Shown: positions 17,913-27,688, numbered from the stretch's first letter. The stretch: 64,000 nucleotides of DNA from an uncultured Planctomycetota bacterium (GCA_903892515.1 CAITIS010000001.1:13552-77551); one strand, 5' to 3'. The notes: a model not told the origin generated them from the sequence alone. Translations and numbers: made by a program.

Positions 17913-18091
17913 CCATAGGTTGACCCGCGGCTTCTTGCGGGTCTACCTATGCGGGACGTCGGACATAGGCAGCCCCGCCTTCGCCAGACGACGCGAAGAC
18001 GTGTCAGCCTATGGCACCCATTTCCAGCCTATGGCACCCAGTTCTGGTCGCAACGTCCGGCCTGTCACGCCATGTTGCTCGGCCAACTGGT

Positions 18092-20731
18092 TCACGCCTT
18101 GGCGTGAGTGCTCTTCCGGGCGGGCTTGCGAACCGATTTACGCGGCTTGGCCTTGGGCGATTTCGTTCCGGGCGACTTGGCCGCAGGCGCAGGAGACTTC
18201 GCCGCGACCGACTTGGCCACGGCCGACTTCGGCTTCGGCTTCGCCTTGGCCTTGCTGATCTGGGCCGGGACCTTGGGCATCAGGGCGACCTTCAGCACGT
18301 CGTCGATGGTGCGGGCAAAGATGAACTGCATCTCCTTCCGGACGTCGGGCGGAATGTCGCGAATGTTCTTCTTGTTGCGATAGGGCAGGATCACGCGTTT
18401 GATGCCCGCCTGTCGGGCCGCCAGGATCTTCTCCTTGATGCCGCCCACCGGCAGCACCAGGCCGCGCAGCGTGATCTCGCCCGTCATGGCCAGGTCGTGA
18501 TGCACCGGCCGATCCAGCAGCAGCGAACACAGCGCCGTGGCCATGGTCACGCCGGCGCTGGGGCCGTCCTTGGGCACCGCGCCGGCCGGCACGTGCACGT
18601 GAATATCGAAGTTGCTGAACTTGGCCGGATCCACGCCGAACTGCTCGGCCCGGCTCTTGATGAGAGACAGCGCCGCTTGCACCGACTCCTTCATCACGTC
18701 GCCGATCTGGCCGGTCAGCAGCAAATTGCCCTTGCCCGCAAAGGCAGTGGCTTCGACGAAGATGATCTCGCCGCCGGCCGGGGTGTACGCCAAGCCCGTG
18801 GCCACGCCCGGCACGCTGGTGCGCTGGGCCAGTTCGCTCTCATACTCAGCGGGCCCAAGGTAGTGGCCGATGTCCTTTTCCGTGATGATTCGCTTCTTCT
18901 TTTCGCCGATGGCCACGCGGGCGGCCACGGCCCTGCAGACGGCGCCCACGCGGCGTTCCAGTTCGCGCACGCCGGCCTCGCGGGTGTAGTCTCGCACGAT
19001 CCGCAGGAGCGCCTCGGGCTTCATCTCCAGCAGATCCTTGGTCAGCCCGTTTTCCTTGAGCTGTCGCACCAGCAGGTAGCGTTCGGCGATGCGCAGCTTG
19101 TCGTGCGTGGTGTAGCCGGGGATCTCGATGACCTCCATGCGGTCGCGCAGCGGCGGCGGCACCGTGCTCATGATATTGGCCGTGCCGATGAACAGCACCG
19201 AGGACAGGTCAAAGGGCACGTTTAGGTAGTGGTCCTGGAAACTGAAGTTCTGGGCCGGGTCCAGCACCTCCAGCAGCGCCGAAGTCGGGTCGCCGCGGAA
19301 GTCCATGCCCACCTTGTCCAGTTCGTCGAGCATGAAAACGGGGTTGCGGCTGCCGGCCTTGCGGATTTCCTGAATGATCCGGCCAGGCATGGCGCCGATG
19401 TACGTCCGCCGGTGTCCGCGCAGTTCGGCCTCGTCGCGCATGCCGCCCAGCGACATGCGAATGAATTTGCGTCCCAGCGCCCGGGCGATGGACTGCCCCA
19501 GCGAGGTCTTGCCCACGCCCGGCGGGCCCACAAAGCACAGCACCGGCCCGCGCGATTGCGGCGCCAGCTTCAGCACGGCCAGGTATTCCAGGATGCGCTT
19601 CTTGACCTTCTCCAGGTCGTAATGGTCCTCATTCAGCACCTTGCCGGCGCGCTGAATGTCCAGGTGGTCGGGCGTGAGCTTGCCCCAGGGCAACTCGACC
19701 ATCCAGTCGAGATACGTGCGGATAACGGTGTACTCGGGGCTGGCGGCGGGAATGCCTTCAAGCCGGTGGAGCTGGCGGACGCACTCGTCCTTGACGGCTT
19801 CGGCCATGCCCGCTTCAGTGATTTTCTTCTGCAGATCGGCGACCTCGGCCGCCTGGTCATCGACCTGGCCCAGCTCCTTCTGAATGGCCTTGAGCTGTTC
19901 GCGCAGATAGTACTCGCGCTGATCCTTGTTGATGTTGGCGCGGACCTGGTCCTGCAATTGGCCGGAGAGTTCGAGCACCTCCACCTGCCGCATGAGGTGG
20001 GTTTGCAGCAGTTCCATGCGGCGGAGCACGTCGTCCTGCTCCAGCAGCGACTGCTTGTCCGCCACCGGCAGGGGCAAATTGGCCGCCAGGAAATCCGCCA
20101 GCGCGCCGGGCTGCTCGATGTTGGAGATGACCATGGCGGCCTCGTCGGGCACGTTGGGCGAAAGCTGCACGATCCGCTGGGCCTTCTGACGAACGTCCAG
20201 CACCCGCGCTTCCAACTCGCGCGAATCGGAAAGACGGTCGGCCAGCGGGGTGATGCGGGCCTTGAGGTATGGTGTGGTCTGCGTGAATTCGTCGATGTGC
20301 ACGCGCAGCAAGCCGTGCACGATCATGGTCTGGTGCCCTTCCTCGTTGCGAAGCAGCTTGAGCACCACCGCGGCCGTGGCCACCTGGTACAGATCGGCCG
20401 GCGTGGGGTCCTCGACTTCGTTGTCGCGCTGCGTGACCAGCACGATGACCTTCTGCTCGGGCAGCACTTCGTCGATAAGTTTGCGCGACTTCTCCCGGCC
20501 GACCGTCAGCGGCATGACCGTGCCGGGGAAGACCACGGCGTTGCGGATGGCCATCACGGCGGCGATTTCGGGAATGGGCAGATGCGGCTCTTTGCCGGGC
20601 CCGGAGGGGTCCTCGTGCCGAATGATCGTATCGCGATCATCGGAGGTGTCGATCCGGGTCTTGGAGGCACCCTCGGTTGTCGTGGTATCGTCTGCCAATG
20701 TCGGTCCTTTGCCGTTTCGTGACTGACTCAT
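18092..20731 (-). CDS. lon: ATP-dependent Lon protease with Lys/Ala/Pro-rich histone-H1-like C-terminal tail
   Basis: Lon N-domain, AAA+ Walker A (GPPGVGKTS), protease domain with the catalytic Ser (PKDGPSAG); ~55-aa [12 protein letters not shown]... tail. Confidence 0.9.
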   Translation of the reverse strand: MSQSRNGKGPTLADDTTTTEGASKTRIDTSDDRDTIIRHEDPSGPGKEPHLPIPEIAAVMAIRNAVVFPGTVMPLTVGREKSRKLIDEVLPEQKVIVLVTQRDNEVEDPTPADLYQVATAAVVLKLLRNEEGHQTMIVHGLLRVHIDEFTQTTPYLKARITPLADRLSDSRELEARVLDVRQKAQRIVQLSPNVPDEAAMVISNIEQPGALADFLAANLPLPVADKQSLLEQDDVLRRMELLQTHLMRQVEVLELSGQLQDQVRANINKDQREYYLREQLKAIQKELGQVDDQAAEVADLQKKITEAGMAEAVKDECVRQLHRLEGIPAASPEYTVIRTYLDWMVELPWGKLTPDHLDIQRAGKVLNEDHYDLEKVKKRILEYLAVLKLAPQSRGPVLCFVGPPGVGKTSLGQSIARALGRKFIRMSLGGMRDEAELRGHRRTYIGAMPGRIIQEIRKAGSRNPVFMLDELDKVGMDFRGDPTSALLEVLDPAQNFSFQDHYLNVPFDLSSVLFIGTANIMSTVPPPLRDRMEVIEIPGYTTHDKLRIAERYLLVRQLKENGLTKDLLEMKPEALLRIVRDYTREAGVRELERRVGAVCRAVAARVAIGEKKKRIITEKDIGHYLGPAEYESELAQRTSVPGVATGLAYTPAGGEIIFVEATAFAGKGNLLLTGQIGDVMKESVQAALSLIKSRAEQFGVDPAKFSNFDIHVHVPAGAVPKDGPSAGVTMATALCSLLLDRPVHHDLAMTGEITLRGLVLPVGGIKEKILAARQAGIKRVILPYRNKKNIRDIPPDVRKEMQFIFARTIDDVLKVALMPKVPAQISKAKAKPKPKSAVAKSVAAKSPAPAAKSPGTKSPKAKPRKSVRKPARKSTHAKA

Positions 20732-20780
20732 GCACCCAACTCAGCCACGGAAGTCACAGGGAGAAGCAAAACGCGAACTC

Positions 20781-20860
20781 GTTGATTCGTGAAGCGTTGA
20801 CTCGCCAAGCCGATATGGACATGGCGTCATCCTACGAATTCACGAATCACGGAATCTCGG
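20781..20860. promoter_or_regulatory. Inverted repeat TTGATTCGTGAA-N45-TTCACGAATCACGG upstream of lon
   Basis: Lies 50-130 bp upstream of the lon start (20731, minus strand); the CGTGAATCCGTT-type motif recurs at 26388-26468 and 50912-50948. Confidence 0.35.
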
Positions 20861-20908
20861 CCTTCTTGCGCTGCGCGATCGTTCTATGCGGTTGTCTTGC
20901 TGGTGAAA

Positions 20909-21394
20909 TCATTTTTTGGGCATCGTCACCCACAGGAAACCGCCGCGATAGCACGCCTGGATGGCCTCGGAGTTTATTTCCTGCGGCAGCTCCAGCACGC
21001 GATGGAACGGCCCGTGGTTAATCTCCATTACATGCAGGCGCATGTGAGTAGTCTTTTCACCCTTGCAGCGGCTCTTCTCCAACGGCGGCCGGGGGCTGCT
21101 GCGTTCGCCACGCAATACCAGCATCCGCTTCTGCACGTGCAGGTCGATGCTCTTGGCGTCCACGCCGGCCACGTCGGCCACGAGGTAGAACGCTTCGGGG
21201 TCTTCGTAGAGATTGACGGCCGGTCGCCAGGCATTGCCGGGATACTGCACGTAGTCCGTGCCCAGCACGTGCTCGATCCAACGACTCATCTGCTTGGCCA
21301 GGCCGGTGAAGCCTTCCTCGGCCATGGTGATCGGCAGCGCCCTGGACTCCGCATCCCTCGAAAGTTCGGCTTCCAACATGACGTGCTCTCCCAA
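20909..21394 (-). CDS. Hsp20/alpha-crystallin family small heat-shock protein
   Basis: Alpha-crystallin domain (PAVNLYEDPEAFYLVADVAGVD...LHVQKRMLVLRGER). Confidence 0.8.
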   Translation of the reverse strand: MGEHVMLEAELSRDAESRALPITMAEEGFTGLAKQMSRWIEHVLGTDYVQYPGNAWRPAVNLYEDPEAFYLVADVAGVDAKSIDLHVQKRMLVLRGERSSPRPPLEKSRCKGEKTTHMRLHVMEINHGPFHRVLELPQEINSEAIQACYRGGFLWVTMPKK

Positions 21395-21481
21395 TAACGT
21401 TGCACCGGTGGCCTGGCGCTCGACAATCGCGTCTCGCCACTGCGTCTAAGGATCAAGCCGTCCGCGATTCTCTCACCGCGG

Positions 21482-23044
21482 CTACTTCGGCGAGATCACG
21501 AAATACCGCTTGCCGCCGTTCTTGGGCAGCACCACGTGCAGACGAATGGCCTTGTCCTTGGCCTCGCTGACGGCCGCCAGAAACTCGCGGACGTTGGCAA
21601 CGGCCTTCTCGTTCACACGGTCGATCATCATGCCCGAGCGAAGCCCCTTGTCAAAGGCGTCGCTGTCATTATCGACATCCGTGATGACCACACCCTTGCT
21701 GGCAAGATCGTACCCGAATTGGTCGGCTATGTCTTTGGACAAGTCCTGAACTTGCAGGCCGTACTTCTTGCCCTGCGTCTGCTTTTCCGCGGCCGAGCCA
21801 CCTTGGGCCATATCCGCCGGCTGCTCGCCCACCTTGAGCGTTATCTCCATCTTCTGGCCGCCGCGCAGGATACCAAGCTTGACCTCGTGGCCGGGCGCGA
21901 CCTCGGCGATCTGGTTGCGCAGCTCGTTGGAGTTCAGCACGCTCTTGCCATCGACTTCCACGATGACATCGTCTTCCTTCAGCCCGGCCGCCTTGGCGGG
22001 ACTATCCGGCAGCACGTTGGTCACCACGGCGCCGCGGCTGATCGACAGGTGGAAACTCTCGGCCAGCGCCGGGGTGTTGTCCTGAATGGCCACGCCCAGG
22101 AAGCCGCGGACCACCTTGCCTGTCTCGATGAGCTGCTTCATTATGTTCTTGGCCATGTTCGACGGCACGGCCAGGCCGATGCCTTCGTTCACGCCCGTGC
22201 GCGAGACAATGGCCGAGGTCACGCCGACGATCTCGCCCTTCATGTTGACCAGCGGCCCGCCGCTGTTGCCGTGATTGACGGCCGCGTCGGTCTGTATGAA
22301 GCTCTCGTACGCCCCGCGCCCGGTGGTGCGTCCCTTGGCCGAAATGATGCCCATCGTGACGGTTTGTTCCAGGCCTTCAGGCGAGCCGATGGCCAGCACG
22401 AGGTCACCCACCTGCATATCATCGCTGTTGCCCAGCGGGGTGTCGATGAGCCCTTCGGAGTTCTTGATCTTGAGCACGGCCAGGTCGCTCTGGGGATCGC
22501 CCTTGACCCAATCGGTGGAGTAGCTCTTGCCATCGGCGGTGATGATCTTGACCTCGGTGGCGCCGCCCACGACGTGCCAGTTGGTCAGCACGATGCCGTT
22601 CTTGGCGTCCACGATGGTGCCGCTGCCCAGACCTCGCTCGACCGTCGGCGGCCGGCGCTGCGTGCGAGGCCGAGTGGGCGCCGGTGTCGGAGCAGGCGCC
22701 GGCGTGGCGTCTTCGTCCTGGTCATCCTGATCGGGACTCTGGAAATGCCGGAAGAAGTCTTCCAACTCAGGCGGCACCTGCGGCTGCTCGACGCGCTTCT
22801 CAACGCGGACCTCGACCACCGAAGGCCCCACGACTTTGACGATCTTACGGAAAAGCGGGCTCAGCGTGTCCTGGGCAGACATCGAGGCCAGTTCGTCGCG
22901 GTCCTGCTGGGTGGCTTTCTCGACCTTGGCGGCGCTCTCCACCACGACAGGTTTGCTGCTCTGCGCCGGCACGGCCAGAGCCAAAGAAAGAACCACGCCC
23001 ATGAGCAGACCAACGCCGACGGTGAGTTTGCGTGCGTACATCAT
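21482..23044 (-). CDS. HtrA/DegP/DegQ-family periplasmic serine protease with two PDZ domains
   Basis: Signal peptide; trypsin-like catalytic residues (TNWHVV, D, GNSGGPL); two PDZ segments. Confidence 0.85.
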   Translation of the reverse strand: MMYARKLTVGVGLLMGVVLSLALAVPAQSSKPVVVESAAKVEKATQQDRDELASMSAQDTLSPLFRKIVKVVGPSVVEVRVEKRVEQPQVPPELEDFFRHFQSPDQDDQDEDATPAPAPTPAPTRPRTQRRPPTVERGLGSGTIVDAKNGIVLTNWHVVGGATEVKIITADGKSYSTDWVKGDPQSDLAVLKIKNSEGLIDTPLGNSDDMQVGDLVLAIGSPEGLEQTVTMGIISAKGRTTGRGAYESFIQTDAAVNHGNSGGPLVNMKGEIVGVTSAIVSRTGVNEGIGLAVPSNMAKNIMKQLIETGKVVRGFLGVAIQDNTPALAESFHLSISRGAVVTNVLPDSPAKAAGLKEDDVIVEVDGKSVLNSNELRNQIAEVAPGHEVKLGILRGGQKMEITLKVGEQPADMAQGGSAAEKQTQGKKYGLQVQDLSKDIADQFGYDLASKGVVITDVDNDSDAFDKGLRSGMMIDRVNEKAVANVREFLAAVSEAKDKAIRLHVVLPKNGGKRYFVISPK

Positions 23045-23120
23045 GCTGCTATCTCCTTTATCGCCGATAACTTGGCAGGAACGACCCAGACAAAGTATAG
23101 GCCCAGCGTCCCGGCTGTCG

Positions 23121-23245
23121 CAATCGAGACATCGTCAATGAAATCCGCACAGACAATCCGCAGATTCCGATCCGCAGATTCCGCAGATTCCGCAGATTTC
23201 GCAGATGCAGGTCGGAATCGAGACACCTTTGACGAAATCCGCGCA
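23121..23245. repeat. 9-mer tandem array (CCGCAGATT)x5 flanked by a 30-bp imperfect direct repeat (AATCGAGACAYC...GAAATCCGCRCA)
   Basis: Lies between the htrA start and the YfhO-like stop. Confidence 0.7.
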
Positions 23246-23315
23246 ACCACAGCTTGCGGGGATGCAGGGGATACACGAGACCAGACAACCCAGCCGACAA
23301 ACTCCAAACCATCAA

Positions 23316-26300
23316 TCATCGATCCTGCGTATCCCTTGTATCCCTGCGAACCTTGGGCCACAAACCGACGGCTATCAAAGTCAGCAAGGCGGCCGCCTGC
23401 ACGTACACCAGGCCCACAACAACCGTTGAGGCCGCCAGCGGCTCGGGCGGCTGCGAGGCCACCAAGCCCAATAGATCGGCCTTGACGCCGGTTTTTCCTG
23501 AGACGAGCTTGGGCGAAGGCGCCGCCTGAGCCCAGAACTCACCCTCTGCCGGTGCGGCGGCGAGCACGTCGCGGCGAAGGTCGATCGCCTCATCCCACCG
23601 CAGCCTCTCCATCGCGGTGGCCGAATCGGGCTCGACGGTTACACGCTCGGGCCTCCAGTGCGGCCCCTGGACCCGCAAGTTTTCGTAGATGTGCACCGGC
23701 AGATCGTCGGAGTGGATGGCCGGCAGCCCGTCGGGCGTCAGGTCGTGATAGATGGCCGAGGGCCCCGCGTGGCCACTGGACGCCGTGGCCACGGCACCCG
23801 GCTGAGAAGCTGCGGCCCCGACCGACATGTCGTTCCCGCTTCCCGACTCCCGATTCCCGATTCCCGACTCCCGATTCCCGCTTCCCGATTCCAGATTCCC
23901 GCTTCCCGCCGGTATCTCCCGTAACTGGACGTTGCGAATCTCTACCGCCCCGCGACTGGTCGTGGCCAGCAGGAACAACCCCGCCTCTTTCGCGCCCATA
24001 AAGAGCTGCCCAACGTGCCGCCACGTCGGCGTAAGCTGCTCGGCGGACAGCCGGATTCGCGACTGGAACTCCCGCCACCAGGCTTGCCCCAGCCCTGGCC
24101 GCCAGCCGCCGATAAAGACATTGTCAGCCCCGTGCGGCGCGCGAATGTCCATATCGATCCGGTACAGGCCATCCTCCAGCGTCACTGGCCAGGTCTTCAC
24201 GTCGGCATTATTGGCAGCGCTGGCTTGGAGCGTGATCTCCCCTACCGCCGGCAGCAGGTTTGCCCCCGGCTGGGCCAGGGGCCACTGCGCCGACTCTATG
24301 ACCTGGCGATACACCGGGTCGGCCGCCAGGACGTAGCGGACGTCAAAGAGGCTCAGCAGCCGGTTGTCGCGGATGAGCCACTGCCAGAAGCAGTTCTCGC
24401 CCCAGGGCTCAAAGCCAAACATTCTGGCGTGTTCCAGCGGTTGCAGCGGGCCGTAGTAGGAAATGCTGGCGATGCCGAACAAGGCTGAGCAGTTGGGCAG
24501 CAGCAGTTCCGCCGGCCGATGATGGTAGTCGCGCGAAAGTCCCCACACACGGAACGGTTGGCCAGCGGCGTGCTGGGCCAGCCAGGCAGCGGCTGGGGAG
24601 ACCTCCGGGTCGATCCGCTTGTCCGGCGGCGGGACGTCGACGAACCGACAGAGGATAAACAGGTCCAGCAGCAACAGCGGCAGGAGAATCAGCAGGCGTC
24701 TGTCTGAACGGCCAGGCACACTAACTATGGGTGCCACACCTGCGGCGTTTGCAGGTGTGCTGTCACGCACGGCTGCAGACTCCGCAGCCGTGGCACCCGG
24801 CGATGTAGAATCTGGTTCTTTCGTAGCACAGCCGCCCTCGGCTGTGGTCTTTTGTTCTTTCGTAGCACAGCCGCCCTCGGCTGTGGTCTTTTCCGCGGGC
24901 GATACTCCCGTGGCCCGACCAAGCGCAATCACCGTCAGCGCCAGCAGCGCCACCGGCACGTAGAAGGCCGGGCTTTTCCATTCCAGCGCTTGCTGCACCG
25001 ACTGCGCCACCGAGTGCGGCACGTTCAGCACCGGCGCCATCGCTTCCAACCGGCCGGTGCGGGCGGCCATTAGCAGTCCCAGCGACAGCAGGCACATTAC
25101 CCCGGCCAGGAAGATGCAGACCTTGCTGAGCGTTAGTTTCCAGGCCTCGTCGCGGCGGATGAGCCACCAGTGCATGCCGATGGCCGAGAGCGCCGCCAAG
25201 GCCAGGTCGAGCGTCAGCACCATCCTGGCCGGGCAGCGAACCTTGCCCAGCACCGGCAGCCAGTACATCAGCCGGTACGTCGGCAGGTATCCGCCCAGCA
25301 TCCAGACGAACGCCCCGGCGCCCAGCCACACCCACAGCCGCACCAGGGGCCCCAGCGGACCGGCCTGCTGCTCTTGCCGCCGCCGATACAACGCCAGCAC
25401 GGCCGCTGCCGCCAGGATCAGCGTGATCAGCCCGACGTAGCCCAGCATCTCGCACTGGTGCCACGGCCCCCACCACTTTTGACTGAAGAAGTTGGGGTCG
25501 CGATTGCCCAGCAAGAACGGGAACAACGCCAGCACGGTTGAGAGCGGGAAGAAGGAGTTCTCGATGGCGGTGGAATACGCCAAGCCCGCGCGGAAGGTCG
25601 CTTGCATGCCCAGCATCGTGACATATATCTGGCTGGCCATAAGCAGGCCTGCCAGCACGCCAGCTGCCAGCGCCGCGGGGATCGCGAACTTCAAAGGCCT
25701 TCCACGCACGAGCAGGTACACGCCGATGGGCAGACTCATCTGGATCACCGTCGGCCAATGACCTGCCGCCAGGGCCAGCGCCATCGCCCCAGCCAGCACC
25801 GCCAGGCCACGACGGACGCCCGCGTGCCACTGCGCGCGCTGGTTCGGGTGCCACTGCTGCGGCGTGTGCAGCAGTGTGGTTACAGCCGCGACCGACTTTG
25901 GCCGCATCAGTTCGATGCCCAGCAGAGCCCACGGCAGCAGGCCGGCAGTCTGGATGACGCCCAGGTGCACGCGGTGGCCGACCATGAAGCCGCAGAACAT
26001 GAACACGATGGCGCCGAACGCCCCGGCCTCGTCACGCAGCCCCAGCCGGCGCAGGTACACGAACGCCCCCACGCCGGCCGTGCCAAAGGCCAGGAACAGG
26101 CACAGGCTGTACGCCAGTTTCGCGGGCAAGGCCACGAAGAGCCAGTTGGGCGGAAAGAACACGCTGGATTGCGGGTCGGCCATCAGCGACGTGCCGGTGG
26201 CCGAAAATGGGTTCCACAGTGGCAGGTGGCCTTGCCGCAGCGCATCGGCCGTCAGCACGCGCACGGGATAAAAGAAGACGACGTCATCCTCGCCGGCCGA

Positions 26301-26381
26301 CGTGGGATCGGTCCACAGCGGGTACAGCATTCCCGCCGGCAGCAGGACGAGCAACAGAATGGTTAGCCAAGGGCGTGGCAT
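23316..26381 (-). CDS. YfhO-family large polytopic membrane protein (GT-C-like) carrying in-frame copies of two genome repeat families
   Basis: About 14 N-terminal TM helices, a large extracytoplasmic C-domain and a terminal TM; internal repeats TTAEGGCATKEQK x2 and GSGNRES x4 are encoded by the REP and TTCCCGN repeats. Confidence 0.55.
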   Translation of the reverse strand: MPRPWLTILLLVLLPAGMLYPLWTDPTSAGEDDVVFFYPVRVLTADALRQGHLPLWNPFSATGTSLMADPQSSVFFPPNWLFVALPAKLAYSLCLFLAFGTAGVGAFVYLRRLGLRDEAGAFGAIVFMFCGFMVGHRVHLGVIQTAGLLPWALLGIELMRPKSVAAVTTLLHTPQQWHPNQRAQWHAGVRRGLAVLAGAMALALAAGHWPTVIQMSLPIGVYLLVRGRPLKFAIPAALAAGVLAGLLMASQIYVTMLGMQATFRAGLAYSTAIENSFFPLSTVLALFPFLLGNRDPNFFSQKWWGPWHQCEMLGYVGLITLILAAAAVLALYRRRQEQQAGPLGPLVRLWVWLGAGAFVWMLGGYLPTYRLMYWLPVLGKVRCPARMVLTLDLALAALSAIGMHWWLIRRDEAWKLTLSKVCIFLAGVMCLLSLGLLMAARTGRLEAMAPVLNVPHSVAQSVQQALEWKSPAFYVPVALLALTVIALGRATGVSPAEKTTAEGGCATKEQKTTAEGGCATKEPDSTSPGATAAESAAVRDSTPANAAGVAPIVSVPGRSDRRLLILLPLLLLDLFILCRFVDVPPPDKRIDPEVSPAAAWLAQHAAGQPFRVWGLSRDYHHRPAELLLPNCSALFGIASISYYGPLQPLEHARMFGFEPWGENCFWQWLIRDNRLLSLFDVRYVLAADPVYRQVIESAQWPLAQPGANLLPAVGEITLQASAANNADVKTWPVTLEDGLYRIDMDIRAPHGADNVFIGGWRPGLGQAWWREFQSRIRLSAEQLTPTWRHVGQLFMGAKEAGLFLLATTSRGAVEIRNVQLREIPAGSGNLESGSGNRESGIGNRESGSGNDMSVGAAASQPGAVATASSGHAGPSAIYHDLTPDGLPAIHSDDLPVHIYENLRVQGPHWRPERVTVEPDSATAMERLRWDEAIDLRRDVLAAAPAEGEFWAQAAPSPKLVSGKTGVKADLLGLVASQPPEPLAASTVVVGLVYVQAAALLTLIAVGLWPKVRRDTRDTQDR
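23832..23909. repeat. TTCCCGN heptamer array (about 11 units) inside the YfhO-like CDS, in frame (encodes GSGNRES repeats)
   Basis: Same repeat family as 15698-15741 and 28441-28516. Confidence 0.75.
24815..24893. repeat. Two tandem REP-like hairpin units (TTCTTTCGTAGCACAGCCGCCCTCGGCTGTGGTCTTTTG) inside the YfhO-like CDS, in frame
   Basis: Identical 40-mer units also occur at 46141-46215. Confidence 0.75.
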
Positions 26382-26387
26382 GGTGGT

Positions 26388-26468
26388 TCGTGAATCCGTT
26401 TACTCGTGAATTCGTTGATCCGTTAATTCGTTAATTCGTTAACTCGTGAATCCGTTGAATTCGCTCAT
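26388..26468. repeat. Degenerate tandem repeats of CGTGAATCCGTT / AATTCGTTA upstream of the YfhO-like gene
   Basis: GGTTCGTGAATCCGTTTACTCGTGAATTCGTTGATCCGTTAATTCGTTAATTCGTTAACTCGTGAATCCGTTGAATTCG. Confidence 0.6.
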
Positions 26469-26536
26469 CTGTCCGCTTCTTATCTTCTCCGTCTTCCTCT
26501 GCGTCTCTGCGGCCAAGGTCTTCTGCATCTTCGGTG

Positions 26537-27517
26537 CTATTTCCCCGCGATGGCCTTGAGGTTCGCCAGCGGCGTCTTCAGCGGGATGGCGCACTCCGGG
26601 CCGACCACGTCGATGCCCGCCGTCGCCGCGGCCTGGGCCATTGCCCGAATCTCCTGACTCGTGCCTTGCAGCAGGCGGTAATTGCTGATGCCGCCCATCA
26701 GGGCCATTCGCTCGCCGGCCAGTTTGCGGACCTCCGCGGGCGAGCCCGTCTTGGTGTCCCAATGGAAGCACCCCATGCCGGTCTGCTCGATCATGCCGAT
26801 GCGGTCGGAGGTATTGCCGCAGATGTGCAGCACCAGCGGGGCGGCAATCTCCCGCACCAGTTGGCTGTGCACCGGCAGCAGGAAGTCGCGATACGCGCCG
26901 GGGCTGCACAGGTCGCGCGTGGCGTGGTCGGCCAGCAGCAGGCAATCGGCCCCGGCGTCCAGTTGGGCCTTGGCAAAAGCCAGCGTCACCGGCAGCAGGC
27001 GAGAGAGGATCTCACGCGTGGCCGAGGAACTGTCGATGGTGCCCATGAGGAAGTTTTCCACGCCGAACAAATGATACGCCAGCGTCCAAGGCCCGAAGAC
27101 CTTGCCGCACACCGCGGCCGCTCCGGACAGCCGCTTTTTCAGCAGGCCAATCGCCTCCAGCGGCACACGACAGCCCGGCCGATGCAGCAGGTCCGGCGGA
27201 ATCACGATGTCCTCAGCCGAGCGGAAGATCGGAGAGCCGCTCTCGGGCATCTGCTCGCTCGTGCCCCAGTTGACATTGCAGCCAATGGCGGCCACCTCGT
27301 GACAGACCGAGAACAGCGGCATCACCACGTCCATGCCCAGCACGCTGTAGCCGGCGATGGCCAGGTCGGCCATCTGCTCAGGATCGAGGTGCGCCTGCGG
27401 AAAGTACGCGCCCGTCTCGTGCATGAGTTCCACGCAGGCAATGGACGTGCCCGTGCCGAAGACCGGCTGGCCGTCGCCCTTGCGACCGATGGCGTTGAGG
27501 AATCGTTTCTGGCTCAT
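26537..27517 (-). CDS. Uroporphyrinogen-decarboxylase-fold MtaA/CmuA-family methyltransferase
   Basis: UroD-like pattern (MSQKRFLNAIGRKGDGQPVFG...YSVLGMDVVMPLFSVCHEVAAIGCNVNWG); the upstream ORF-track extension to 27673 is encoded by a heptamer repeat and was rejected. Confidence 0.55.
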   Translation of the reverse strand: MSQKRFLNAIGRKGDGQPVFGTGTSIACVELMHETGAYFPQAHLDPEQMADLAIAGYSVLGMDVVMPLFSVCHEVAAIGCNVNWGTSEQMPESGSPIFRSAEDIVIPPDLLHRPGCRVPLEAIGLLKKRLSGAAAVCGKVFGPWTLAYHLFGVENFLMGTIDSSSATREILSRLLPVTLAFAKAQLDAGADCLLLADHATRDLCSPGAYRDFLLPVHSQLVREIAAPLVLHICGNTSDRIGMIEQTGMGCFHWDTKTGSPAEVRKLAGERMALMGGISNYRLLQGTSQEIRAMAQAAATAGIDVVGPECAIPLKTPLANLKAIAGK

Positions 27518-27538
27518 GGCGGAAAAGATAACACTTGG

Positions 27539-27565
27539 AGGGCGTAGGGCATAGGGCGTAGGGGC
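27539..27565. repeat. Heptamer array (GGGCGTA/GGGCATA)x3
   Basis: Immediately upstream of the MtaA-like start. Confidence 0.6.
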
Positions 27566-27688
27566 CGTGTGGGCACAGGAAAGCCGCAGACGCGCTTCCG
27601 CAAGAACAGACACTCGGCGATGCCAGGCAGCCAGATAAGCAGGCTGGATAATTTCCATTGACCCTCCGTTCACTCCAGACGTACAATT

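Noticed and set aside
26388-26402. tRNA T-arm-like GGTTCGTGAATCC
   Set aside because: It deviates from the GGTTCGAATCC consensus by an insertion, no acceptor stem or anticodon arm can be built around it, and it is part of a tandem CGTGAATCCGTT repeat.
27518-27673. N-terminal 52-aa extension of the MtaA-like ORF
   Set aside because: It is encoded by the GGGCGTA heptamer array (the TPYALRP translation artefact). The conserved family N-terminus starts at MSQKRF.
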